42,762 bases of DNA, taken from a bacterium (GTDB lineage: Bacteria; Zhuqueibacterota; Zhuqueibacteria; Oceanimicrobiales; Oceanimicrobiaceae). Shown in pieces: positions 26,019 through 35,292 of this stretch (the stretch's first letter is position 1; each line of letters starts with the position of its first letter). Location: contig JBHHYI010000014.1 of NCBI GenBank assembly GCA_046757525.1, forward strand, positions 1-42,762. The letters run 5' to 3'. Position numbers and translations under genes: made by a program. The notes below the pieces were generated by a model. The model had not been told where the DNA came from. It was given only the letters and a program-made list of their open reading frames with translations, and ran no database searches.

Positions 26019-27911
26019 CTAAGTGCTTGCAACCTCAAATTCGCTTTTGCCCGGTATCATGCTTCCAACGGTGCCGAGCTTCAACTGAATATCTGCGTAA
26101 AACTTGACCCCTTTGGAAATCTGGACATCCTTAACCCTCATGGCGAAAAAGCGCGTGTAGCCTTTGGCGGTTTTTGCCGTCTCCAGGGCTTCAAGCCTGG
26201 AATCGCTGAATTTGATATCGCAATGAAAAAGTAAATGATTATTTTCGAAATGGATGAGCAAGTCCCTTTTCCCCAATTCATGTTGAAACTTGTCGACAAC
26301 CAGGGGGAAATTGACCAGACGCAATTCTCTGCAGTCCAGATTTTCTTCGAACAGAATCTCATCTTGAATTCTAATTTCTGCATCAAACAAGTCGATCTCC
26401 CTGTTGACTCTGAACGCGGCATAATCAAGGGAACAGATGATCTGGTTTTCAGAGCAGTGTCGAATGACACCCTGTCTCCCAGCAGGGCAATAAAGCCTGC
26501 CGCTCTGGTCAACCGCGATGGGTGCCAGGAAATTCAGTAAGCTGTTTTTGTCGCCATAAAATTTACCAAATGCAGCCGCCGTGGCGCCACCCGGGCAGGA
26601 GTAGACCCAGCCAAAATTCCTGACCCACAAATGGCAGGGCGTCAAGCCGGGTTCTGTGGCGTAATGGGCCAAACCTGAGGCGACGCCCACAAAGAAGTTG
26701 TCGTTCTTCAAAAAAGCAAACTGGGAGTCCTTTCTCCGCGGCAGCTCCGGCTTCACGGCGAAGGCTTTCCCGTTGTTCGCGCTTTGCGATTCGTGCGCCA
26801 GCCCTAACCATGCACCCAGAAAAGCGTTGTAAACGGTCGTGTGGTGGTAATCGTACCAGCCAAAACGCTCATGGTCTTCATGGGCATTGAGTACCAACGG
26901 GAAATGCCCCTCATTCTGGAAGCCCATAAGGAACGCGAACACCTTTCGGGCTAATTCTTCGTACTGGTCGTCACCTGTCATTCTCGCAGCCGCAGTCAAC
27001 GCATAAATCGCTGCACCGTAGCCAAATATTTGCTCCTGTCCGCGTCCCCAATAATTGAAGTCGCCGTCGGGATCCACAAAAGCGCAGAAGAATTCCAGGG
27101 ATTTCAGAAACTTCTGTCCTATTCGGGGATCGCCATTCAGCAGGAACATGCGGTGCAAGAGCGCTGCTGAATAGACATGGTATTGAATCGGTCGGCTGAG
27201 TCCGCGTTCATCGTCCAGGCAGCCATTTTTTTGCTCGCCTTTCAATGCCACCGTTTTGTTTCTGTAAAACCCCAGTTTGTCCCACCGAGAACCAAACAGA
27301 ACGTGTCTGTGTAGAAGGGCCAATGCCCGCATGGCCGCCCAATTCGAAAGTTTGTTGCGGGCGTTGCTGCGCCAATTCTTGAGACACGCTTGCCATTGCT
27401 GCTTGCTTTCAGGTGAGAGTGAACCTTGCAGTCTGGCATACGCCTCGATCAGCGCATAATTTTGAAAATCCCAGTGGTACATCCACTCTGAGAATCTGTA
27501 TTCGTCGGCAGATGTGTGCCGGTGGAATTCAAAGGCGTCCAATGCGTGTTGCAGATATTTGGGATCATCAGATTCAGAATGCAGGATGGCGCTCAACAGT
27601 GCGAAATGGCTGGCACTATAATGTTCACCCATGACTCTTTCGTCAATTGGATCCCATATCCCCCCAAAATCGTATACTCGTAAGTTAGCAGTATCGGAAG
27701 TTATTGAAGATATTTCAAATGCGATCCCATGACTTCTGAAGGTCGATCCTTGCGGCAGCGCGGTGTAGACCTCCGTAAGCCCTCTTGCAGGATGGTGGAA
27801 CGAGAATCTTAACCGTTTCTCCGAAATTGAGGCTTGAATCGCTTTCTGAGTTACCTGTAGTCCGGCAAGCCAATTGTGAATGTCTTTTGCGACTTTAAGA
27901 TAATCAACCAT
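26019..27911 (-). CDS. hypothetical protein, probable alpha/alpha toroid (lyase- or DUF2264-like)
   Basis: 630-aa ORF within the operon, no signal peptide; helical region with QYHVYS, PDGDFNYWGRGQ and WYDYHH motifs, then a beta-rich C-terminus. Confidence 0.65.
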   Translation of the reverse strand: MVDYLKVAKDIHNWLAGLQVTQKAIQASISEKRLRFSFHHPARGLTEVYTALPQGSTFRSHGIAFEISSITSDTANLRVYDFGGIWDPIDERVMGEHYSASHFALLSAILHSESDDPKYLQHALDAFEFHRHTSADEYRFSEWMYHWDFQNYALIEAYARLQGSLSPESKQQWQACLKNWRSNARNKLSNWAAMRALALLHRHVLFGSRWDKLGFYRNKTVALKGEQKNGCLDDERGLSRPIQYHVYSAALLHRMFLLNGDPRIGQKFLKSLEFFCAFVDPDGDFNYWGRGQEQIFGYGAAIYALTAAARMTGDDQYEELARKVFAFLMGFQNEGHFPLVLNAHEDHERFGWYDYHHTTVYNAFLGAWLGLAHESQSANNGKAFAVKPELPRRKDSQFAFLKNDNFFVGVASGLAHYATEPGLTPCHLWVRNFGWVYSCPGGATAAAFGKFYGDKNSLLNFLAPIAVDQSGRLYCPAGRQGVIRHCSENQIICSLDYAAFRVNREIDLFDAEIRIQDEILFEENLDCRELRLVNFPLVVDKFQHELGKRDLLIHFENNHLLFHCDIKFSDSRLEALETAKTAKGYTRFFAMRVKDVQISKGVKFYADIQLKLGTVGSMIPGKSEFEVAST

Positions 27912-27954
27912 GATTTAGAACTATTTCCTCTATCAACCTCCTTGTTGGATTCGC

Positions 27955-29367
27955 TCAGTCAACAACCGGTATTTCTGACATTATTTTTCGATTGTCGCGA
28001 ATGGCCGCCACCTCGGGACCCAGTCTTTCGCAGCACGCGTCCTGCGCCTCTTTTTTGAGAGCGTCAGAGCGATCCCAATCGACCAGACACTTGTACAACA
28101 ACCGCATGTACTTGCGGAAGAACTTGGTTGGAAATTTTACCACCAGACGATTTATGAAGCTGATCTCAAAAAAGGCAGGCACGGCCAGGAGCACACCAGC
28201 GCCTAAATAGTGTTTGAACTTCAGCTTCTCACCGGGTTGCAAATTGTGATAGTTTGGCACGGCCAGTCCCAACCATTTTCGTATTTTGATTGCAGCAAAA
28301 GCAATCTTTTTCTTAAGATTTATGGTCGGCATCATACCCGATTTTATGACATTCGGATGCGTGGGCTCCACATAAAGAATACCCTCGGCGACCAACTTCT
28401 TAACCACATTTGAACCTGTCTCGGTACGGGTGATGACGTAAGACCAGCCTCGTTTGTAGTCATCCCGCACAACGCCGTCATCGCGCCACTCATCGCCGCA
28501 GACGATGTCGCCAAACTCGGCCATTGCGTCCGTACAGGTAACACAGCGTTCTCTTTCAAACAACGCGTGCGACCAGAAGAAATCCTGCACCGGATGAATC
28601 ATGTTGTTGCTGCCGTCTTTTTTGATGACATTGAATCCGCCCGGCCAGGTGTCGTCGCGGTAGCGAATCTCCTTGATTTCTTCAAAATTCTTGACGCCGG
28701 CACGACGCACCAAAAAGGTGGTGTTAGTAAACGAAGGATGAAAGCCACAAACCAGTCCGATTTGCAGCACGATACGCTTGCGAACCCGCGGCATCTTTTG
28801 CTGGGCCAGCCGAATCCCATGAATGTGGCAGGGCAACGCCACCACGGCAAACCGACCCTCATTTCGCATGATTTCCTGGATGATCATCCCCACCGGGACC
28901 GGCAAGTATTTCGATTGCTGCGCCGCCAGGATTTCTTGCGCCGTGCGGGCGATATAGACCCTGGGTTGTAACGGATGCGCTTCATCCATTTTGGTCACCA
29001 CCGCACCGTCGATTTCGCCTTTTTCCAGCAATGCAATCAATATGGCTGAAACAATGCCACCCGAGGCTCCTTTCTGGCGAATTTCTTCCCAATTGGCATA
29101 GCCGCTCAAAACCTCCCGCGTGTACCCCAGCTCTTTGTCCTGGGGTACTTCGCCAAACACAGCCATCTGAAGACCATTCCAATCAAAATCTTCTCCAGGA
29201 CACGCGATATGGCACAGGTCACAATCGGTGCACAGGGGACGATGAAATACCGGAAACAGGCCTTTTTTGTCATGCTGCTCAATGGTAATGGCATCTACCG
29301 GGCACACGCCAGCACATACGCCGCATTGATGACAGTTACCATTTTCTAAAACATGCTCGATATCCAT
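27955..29367 (-). CDS. coenzyme F420 hydrogenase/dehydrogenase beta-subunit (FrhB/FdhB)-family Fe-S protein
   Basis: Two ferredoxin motifs CHQCGVCAGVCP and CTDCDLCHIACP, then ASGGIVS, QSKY, LPCHI, IGLVCG, RCVTCTD, DIVCGD. Confidence 0.88.
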   Translation of the reverse strand: MDIEHVLENGNCHQCGVCAGVCPVDAITIEQHDKKGLFPVFHRPLCTDCDLCHIACPGEDFDWNGLQMAVFGEVPQDKELGYTREVLSGYANWEEIRQKGASGGIVSAILIALLEKGEIDGAVVTKMDEAHPLQPRVYIARTAQEILAAQQSKYLPVPVGMIIQEIMRNEGRFAVVALPCHIHGIRLAQQKMPRVRKRIVLQIGLVCGFHPSFTNTTFLVRRAGVKNFEEIKEIRYRDDTWPGGFNVIKKDGSNNMIHPVQDFFWSHALFERERCVTCTDAMAEFGDIVCGDEWRDDGVVRDDYKRGWSYVITRTETGSNVVKKLVAEGILYVEPTHPNVIKSGMMPTINLKKKIAFAAIKIRKWLGLAVPNYHNLQPGEKLKFKHYLGAGVLLAVPAFFEISFINRLVVKFPTKFFRKYMRLLYKCLVDWDRSDALKKEAQDACCERLGPEVAAIRDNRKIMSEIPVVD

Positions 29368-29453
29368 TCAATAACGCTCCAAAAGCACAAAAAGGCGTAA
29401 TACGAAAATGTAATGGCTGTTTCACTACTGTACGTGTGTTTCACTATGATATC

Positions 29454-30893
29454 TTAAGAGCTCGAGAACTTAATAACTTTTGCCATCGATTGAATTCTGA
29501 CCAAATCGTCTTTCGTATAGTATTTGGTAAATACCACCATGATTAAATTGACAGCCAGTGCTAACGCAATCAGAATAAGTAGTGGAAAATCAACTAATAA
29601 CCTGATTGAAACAACCATGATCGCATTTATTAGGACGATCTTGGGCAAAAGTCTCAAAAGTGGCGGCTTAACTATGTATCGGCGAAGATACCAAAAATGA
29701 AAGCTAAAAGTAAACAACTCCGACGTTAGCGTAGCAAATGCTGCACCAATGAAGCTAAAGCGTGGGATAAATATAAAATTCAAGAATAAATTGAGAAATG
29801 CGCTCGCTGCAACAACTTTGGCGGTAAAGCGCTGCTTGCCGGCCGCACGCATGGCGTGGGTCATGACCGTACCCATGAAATAGATGGCCGTGGACCACAC
29901 CAGGATTCTAAGGGCCGCCGCGGCATTGATGAACTCGTCTCCAAACATGAGCAATATGATTCTGTTAGAGAAAAGGGAAAGCACGCAGGCGATAGAAGTG
30001 CCAGTCAAGAACATCAGTTTAAAAGTCTTCTCAAAAAGGCTGTCAAAAGCCTCTTGCTGAGATTTAAAATAGGCTGATAACGCAGGATAAACGGCACGCA
30101 TGATTCCCATCGGGATCACCATCATGGCAAAAATCAATCGATAGGCTGCGTTGTACCAGCCAACCACAGCATCGCCGATCATAATCGACAGCATGGTGGT
30201 GTCCACGTTGGTGTACATGACGGAGAAAAACCGGGTGATGCCAAAGGAATATCCCTCGAAAACAAGGAATTTCAGTAAAGGCTTACGAAACGAGAGCACA
30301 ATGCGGGCAAACTTCGCTCTTGCCACGACAAAACAATAAATCAATTTAAGAAAACGTGAGACCAGATAAACCCAGGCGAGATCGAGAAAACTGCCGCCTT
30401 GCAGCAAAACAATCACACCAATGACGGTATTGGAGACACTTAAGATGAGCGCTGCAATTGCCGTATATTTCATCCTTTGAAAGCCCTGGAAAACCGTAGA
30501 AAAATATTCTGCAAAGGAACCGGTAATCTGGGCCGCGCCGATCACATACACCGTCATCAAAACATCGTGCGGTTTGTGCGTAAACTGAGCCGCCACATAA
30601 ATACAAAGAGCCGTGAACCCCGACAAAACGAGTTTGATGGTCAAACCGTTGCCTAACAGAGTCTCGACTTTGTCCGGCTTTCTGGCTATTTCACGAATCA
30701 GTAGTTGGTGAACACCGAAATCAGCAAGGATGAGAAAAAGCGCACCAAAGGCAATAGTAAAGGTAAATTTGCCGTAATCGGCATCTCCCAGCAGCCGAGC
30801 AGCAAAAACCGCCAGAATGAAGCGCATCAGCCGATCAAGTATCTCAGAAGATAAGACCAGAACAGAATTTGAGGCAACCCGACTTGGCTTCAT
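29454..30893 (-). CDS. wzx: Wzx-type polysaccharide flippase (MOP superfamily)
   Basis: About 12-14 TMs; ARLLG..DYG, LADFG, D..ML..VGWYNAAYR, LN.IFIP..S.IGAAFAT..SE. Confidence 0.9.
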   Translation of the reverse strand: MKPSRVASNSVLVLSSEILDRLMRFILAVFAARLLGDADYGKFTFTIAFGALFLILADFGVHQLLIREIARKPDKVETLLGNGLTIKLVLSGFTALCIYVAAQFTHKPHDVLMTVYVIGAAQITGSFAEYFSTVFQGFQRMKYTAIAALILSVSNTVIGVIVLLQGGSFLDLAWVYLVSRFLKLIYCFVVARAKFARIVLSFRKPLLKFLVFEGYSFGITRFFSVMYTNVDTTMLSIMIGDAVVGWYNAAYRLIFAMMVIPMGIMRAVYPALSAYFKSQQEAFDSLFEKTFKLMFLTGTSIACVLSLFSNRIILLMFGDEFINAAAALRILVWSTAIYFMGTVMTHAMRAAGKQRFTAKVVAASAFLNLFLNFIFIPRFSFIGAAFATLTSELFTFSFHFWYLRRYIVKPPLLRLLPKIVLINAIMVVSIRLLVDFPLLILIALALAVNLIMVVFTKYYTKDDLVRIQSMAKVIKFSSS

Positions 30894-30915
30894 CTAAAAA
30901 CTTTTGATTAAATAG

Positions 30916-32169
30916 TCAATTACCGCTGGTTGAAGAGGTAAGCAGTTCGGTGTACCACTGGTGGATTTGGCGATAATGATATTCCGGATCAAACACGCCC
31001 TCAGCCTTTGAGCGTGCCTGGCGGCCGAATGCAGAGATCAGGTCAGAATCGCTGGCGAGAGCGCTTATTTTCTCAGCAAGCTCGTCGACATTCCCCGCTT
31101 GAAAGATCAAACCGTTCTTGCCATCATCGATCAATTCCGGGATGCCGCCCAGTTGCGACCCGATGACCGGTTTTCCGTAAGCAAAAGCTTCGTAGATTAC
31201 CAGAGGCGAATTGTCGTACCACTCGGAAGGTACGATGAGGAATTTACAATTTTGCACCAGGCGTCTTAGTTCTTCCCCGCCCTTGCTGCCGACAAACTGC
31301 ACGTGCTGCAAGTCCTGGCGCAAAGCATAGTCCTGCAGACGTTTTCGTTCCGGTCCATCCCCTATGATGACTAACTCCGTGTCTTTTACCTGTTGCATGG
31401 CTTTGAGCAAAGTGAGCACCCCTTTCTCTTGCGCCAATCTCCCCAAGTAAACAACATAATTCTCGAATTCGAAATTGGGTTTATAGTTGTCGAGTTTGAG
31501 CGTGTAGAATAGGTGCCTGACTTTGCCATCCCCTACTCCGCCAGCACGAAGTTTCTCACCCATGAAATGGCTTGGCGTGTGGAAGATGTCGATGTTGTCT
31601 TCGTAGATTCTGGTAAGACGATGGAGGTAGCTTTCAAACGCTATCAAAGATCCGGCCAAAGCCGATGCCTTGTGGCACTTCTCAACGACCGGATGATAAA
31701 AATGGCCGTCTAAACATTTTTCACAAATCTCATTGGTTTTTGGGTTATAAAGCCGATAGTTGGGACAAACGAGTTTATACTGGTGAATAGTCTGGATTAC
31801 CGGAATATTGAACTTCTTAAGGGTATGCAAAATCGAAGGCGACAACTGGTGGTCGATCATGTGCAGGTGGGCGATGTCCGGCTGCTCCCGCAGAATGAGT
31901 TGTTCTAATCTTTTCTTAGCATGAAACGAATAAAGCATGCGGCCGGTGATCCTGGGTAGGCTCAAGAATTTCTCTGCAAAGGAATCCAGCGCGTATTCGA
32001 CCTTGTTGACAAAGAAAGGTTCATATACTGACTCGAAATTGTTTTCATGCTGCATGGAAAAAGGGATGACCTGGTGTCCCTTCGCCTCCAAGACATCCTT
32101 CAACTCGAAATAGTAACGCTCGGCCCCTCCCTTGATGAAATAATATTTGTCGATCATCAATATCTTCAT
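30916..32169 (-). CDS. glycosyltransferase, GT4 family
   Basis: MKILMIDKYYFIKGGAE, H.YKLVCP..CEKC..C, GRLAQEKG, PSEWYDNSPLVIYEA. True start 32169 overlaps the upstream stop (ATGA). Confidence 0.92.
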   Translation of the reverse strand: MKILMIDKYYFIKGGAERYYFELKDVLEAKGHQVIPFSMQHENNFESVYEPFFVNKVEYALDSFAEKFLSLPRITGRMLYSFHAKKRLEQLILREQPDIAHLHMIDHQLSPSILHTLKKFNIPVIQTIHQYKLVCPNYRLYNPKTNEICEKCLDGHFYHPVVEKCHKASALAGSLIAFESYLHRLTRIYEDNIDIFHTPSHFMGEKLRAGGVGDGKVRHLFYTLKLDNYKPNFEFENYVVYLGRLAQEKGVLTLLKAMQQVKDTELVIIGDGPERKRLQDYALRQDLQHVQFVGSKGGEELRRLVQNCKFLIVPSEWYDNSPLVIYEAFAYGKPVIGSQLGGIPELIDDGKNGLIFQAGNVDELAEKISALASDSDLISAFGRQARSKAEGVFDPEYHYRQIHQWYTELLTSSTSGN

Positions 32170-33515
32170 CGATTCCAGCCTTTCATGGCTACCACCGCAG
32201 AATCCAAAGGCGTTTCCGCCTTCGCACCAGACGGCACGGGTGTCGGTTGCTTTTGTTGCTCCATTTGTAGCTTGCGCATTTTCATCGTGTGGTGGTACAC
32301 ACGCCGCAAGGAGAAAACAACCCCGATTATCACCCAAAACAGAACCTTGATGCGATAATGCTGATATTCAGGACCAAAATTAATCGTGAACAAAAAGGCG
32401 ACCAGACTGGCCAAAGTACCCAGGGCCACCGTGAATATAAACTTGACCTTGCTGCGCAGCATCTTGTAACTTTCGCGTATGCTGACGAAGACCAACATTA
32501 GAAAGAAAACCAGGCCAGGCAGACCGGTTTCAGCCAAAAGCCGCAAGTAGGTATTGTGCACGGGATGCCAGAAGCGGAAGCGTTGTATTGAATGAAATCT
32601 GTAATTGTGCAGGCCGACGCCGTACAAAAAATTCTCTTTAAATATATCGAATGCGATATCGATCATGAGCATCCGATATTTGCCGGTTGAGCCCGCTTCA
32701 AACCTGCGCATGATGAGCGGCCAGAAATAGACGACGAGACCAGCGATGATGATGGTAGCAACGCCCAGGGCAAGGAAATACCTGGGCTTCATGAGCCGTT
32801 TGAAGATGATGATGATTAAAAAAATGACTGTGCCACCGATGATTCCCGCCCAGGCGGACCGCGAAAAGGACAACAACACTGCGAAACAACCAAACAAAGC
32901 AGCAAAACCGTAAAAGGCCTTTTGGCGCGACTTATGCTCGAAGATGAAAAGGCTGATCGACAGGGGAAATAACAACGCCAGCCACGCACCAAAGTGATTC
33001 GGCATTCCCAGGGTTCCTCTAATCCGCGTTAAGCCTGACAAATGTTTTTCCTTGACGAGCGCGCCAGCAAACTCCAGGCCCAGAGAACTCCCTGTGGTAA
33101 ATTGAACCAAGCCAAGAACGCCCTGGAAAAGCAACCCACCCAATAACCAATTGACGGCCATGCGCAGATCTTTTTTGGTCACGATGTGATTGACCACGTA
33201 CAGGTACATCATAAAGGCCTTGATGATCATAAACAGGCCCAATCCCGTCATGGTCGCTGAAATGGCGTTGATGAATGACACGCAAGTCCAAATCAGGATT
33301 AGGATCGTGGGTAACGTTACTTTCCCCCAGTAGACCGGAGGTCTTGCAAAGCCATTGGACTCTTTTATCCACAGCGCGTAGAGTATGAACAACACCGCAT
33401 CAAACGCATAAATGATGTCTGCCTTGAGGAGGTGCGTGTACATGAGGCCAATTTGGAAGGGCAGAAAAAACAAGAAAGCCTGGAATAGAATCTTCTGTAC
33501 TCTCTTAATGCTCAT
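32166..33515 (-). CDS. O-antigen ligase / Wzy polymerase family membrane protein
   Basis: About 11-12 TMs; RIRGTLGMPN, SFSRSAW, R..M...A......GVG..N, HNTYLRLLAETGLPG. Confidence 0.85.
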   Translation of the reverse strand: MSIKRVQKILFQAFLFFLPFQIGLMYTHLLKADIIYAFDAVLFILYALWIKESNGFARPPVYWGKVTLPTILILIWTCVSFINAISATMTGLGLFMIIKAFMMYLYVVNHIVTKKDLRMAVNWLLGGLLFQGVLGLVQFTTGSSLGLEFAGALVKEKHLSGLTRIRGTLGMPNHFGAWLALLFPLSISLFIFEHKSRQKAFYGFAALFGCFAVLLSFSRSAWAGIIGGTVIFLIIIIFKRLMKPRYFLALGVATIIIAGLVVYFWPLIMRRFEAGSTGKYRMLMIDIAFDIFKENFLYGVGLHNYRFHSIQRFRFWHPVHNTYLRLLAETGLPGLVFFLMLVFVSIRESYKMLRSKVKFIFTVALGTLASLVAFLFTINFGPEYQHYRIKVLFWVIIGVVFSLRRVYHHTMKMRKLQMEQQKQPTPVPSGAKAETPLDSAVVAMKGWNR

Positions 33516-33585
33516 AAAGATGCTTGCCTCATAACAAAAGCCGACGTTTCAAAGCACGGTGCCGCGATGGTTGACTGTTGTGCAG

Positions 33586-35292
33586 TTAGTTTTCACTGAG
33601 TTCACCGGTAAGCCGGTAAATTTTGGTGATCAGTTGCGCAGGATATTTTTTGTTGTAAATCAATCGCAATCCGGGAATGGGCTGCTCTGTTTGAAATAGT
33701 TCCCGTAAATCCGGATAGGCACTTTCATATCTTTCGTTGAGCACAATATAGTTCACACCGCGATATTTTGCGTATTCCAGCACCCCTTGCAAGTCTGAGG
33801 TCGGAATGGTCACGGATTGGGTAATGTCGTAACTCCCGGCATAAAAATCCACTGCGTGATTGCGACTCATGATGATCTTGGCACCGCTGGCGTTCTCTTT
33901 CAACCATAGGCCGGCTTGTTTCTGTTCCACAGGATCGGCCCAGAAGTCCGTGTCGCCCGGCCGTCTGGACACAATGCGTCCTAACTCGGGCAGAAAACTA
34001 AAGATGGCAAATGCCGCTACCAGTGCAACCGCAGCCAAACCTTCCGGTCTCAACTTGATTTTGCGTGCTACCTTCTTCAATGGGTGGTATTCTTGCAGCC
34101 AGGAGTGCGCTTGCACCGCCCCTGCGGCAACCCAAATCGCACAAACGGGCAAAAGCGGTGTTAGATACCGTTCGGTTATGTGAAAAGCAGGAATAATCCC
34201 GAACCAGAAGAACGCAATAAAACTGAGCAAGAAGAAGAAGAGCTTTCCCTGCTGATTTTTCCAGCGAGACCCAACCAGTCCCACCCCGAGCAGCATGAGA
34301 GGGAATAAGGTCAACAATGATGGAATTGCGCTCTTCAACATGGTATAGACGTTTTTCACATATTTTTTTAGAAAGGGGCCAAAATGGACTTCACTGATCG
34401 AATTCTCTTCTCCGTCCGTCGCGTTTAAGAAGGTGCCCTGGTGATAAATCAAATCAATAGGAACGATTTTCTTTTCGGGGTCCCAGGCCCGAAAAGGATC
34501 GTAATTCCCCTGGCCACTAAAAGATTCGAATTGCTGGTTTGCAGAGGCCTTGGCGCTCAGGGTCCACGTGCCGGTTTTGTGCTTCAGATATAGCAAATAT
34601 GGTGCCGAAAGACCGAAAGAAAGCAAAACAAAAGGGACGATCATCCAAAGCGCGCGCAACGGCTTGATCAAAAAAAGTCTGGTGGCGGCGCCAAACAAAA
34701 TCCAGAAAGCAATGAGTAGAAAATAACCAAATCCTTGTGGGTGCGTCAAGTAGAGTATGCCCGTAGCGAGACCCGCGAGCATGGCAAATCCCACTGAATA
34801 TCGCTTTAACATCAGCAAGCCAAAGAGAATGGCACTGGTGGCAAATAGCATAAACACCGGTTCAGTCAGAACTTGTGTTGATTGAAAAGCCAGCGGAGGG
34901 AAAAGGGCGACGAATCCAGCGGCAATCAGCCCAACAGTTTTGTCGTACACGAACTTACCGAGATAATACACAGGCACAACCAAAAGCGTCCCGGCAAGAA
35001 TGGAAACCATTCGGCCGGCCAATTCGTAATCGCTAAAAATGCTGCAAGATACTGAAATCAGTGCCGGCAAGAGTGGCGTCCAATAAGTATGCAGCACTTG
35101 CGACAGCCCCTTCAAATGGCCGCTGACGCCCAGCTTCAGGTAATTGACTTCGTCAAAGGTAACAGCAAAGCGATAATGCATCAACATGATACGAAACAGG
35201 AAAGCGACAACCATCAGCAGAAGGATTGTCGGATACGCTGGTAGTCGCAACAGTGCTTTCTGATTTCGCGCTCGCTTTCTTGCCTCAGGCAT
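33586..35292 (-). CDS. GT-C fold membrane glycosyltransferase (PMT/ArnT-like)
   Basis: TM1 followed by TFDEVNY, PLLP, GRMVS, TEP, ERYLTP, multi-TM. Start MPEARK at 35292 overlaps the carB stop by 8 bp. Confidence 0.75.
   Translation of the reverse strand: MPEARKRARNQKALLRLPAYPTILLLMVVAFLFRIMLMHYRFAVTFDEVNYLKLGVSGHLKGLSQVLHTYWTPLLPALISVSCSIFSDYELAGRMVSILAGTLLVVPVYYLGKFVYDKTVGLIAAGFVALFPPLAFQSTQVLTEPVFMLFATSAILFGLLMLKRYSVGFAMLAGLATGILYLTHPQGFGYFLLIAFWILFGAATRLFLIKPLRALWMIVPFVLLSFGLSAPYLLYLKHKTGTWTLSAKASANQQFESFSGQGNYDPFRAWDPEKKIVPIDLIYHQGTFLNATDGEENSISEVHFGPFLKKYVKNVYTMLKSAIPSLLTLFPLMLLGVGLVGSRWKNQQGKLFFFLLSFIAFFWFGIIPAFHITERYLTPLLPVCAIWVAAGAVQAHSWLQEYHPLKKVARKIKLRPEGLAAVALVAAFAIFSFLPELGRIVSRRPGDTDFWADPVEQKQAGLWLKENASGAKIIMSRNHAVDFYAGSYDITQSVTIPTSDLQGVLEYAKYRGVNYIVLNERYESAYPDLRELFQTEQPIPGLRLIYNKKYPAQLITKIYRLTGELSEN

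Noticed and set aside
27955..29367. Methanogen-type F420 hydrogenase or archaeal origin of the window
   Set aside because: No FrhA/FrhG or maturation genes; the sigma-54 promoter and gene content point to a bacterial glycan locus.
32170..32337. N-terminal extensions in the ORF track (also 1328-1369, 7068-7145, 23040-23162, 35293-35364)
   Set aside because: Most overlap upstream genes; downstream ATGs give family-typical N-termini with an RBS or stop/start coupling.
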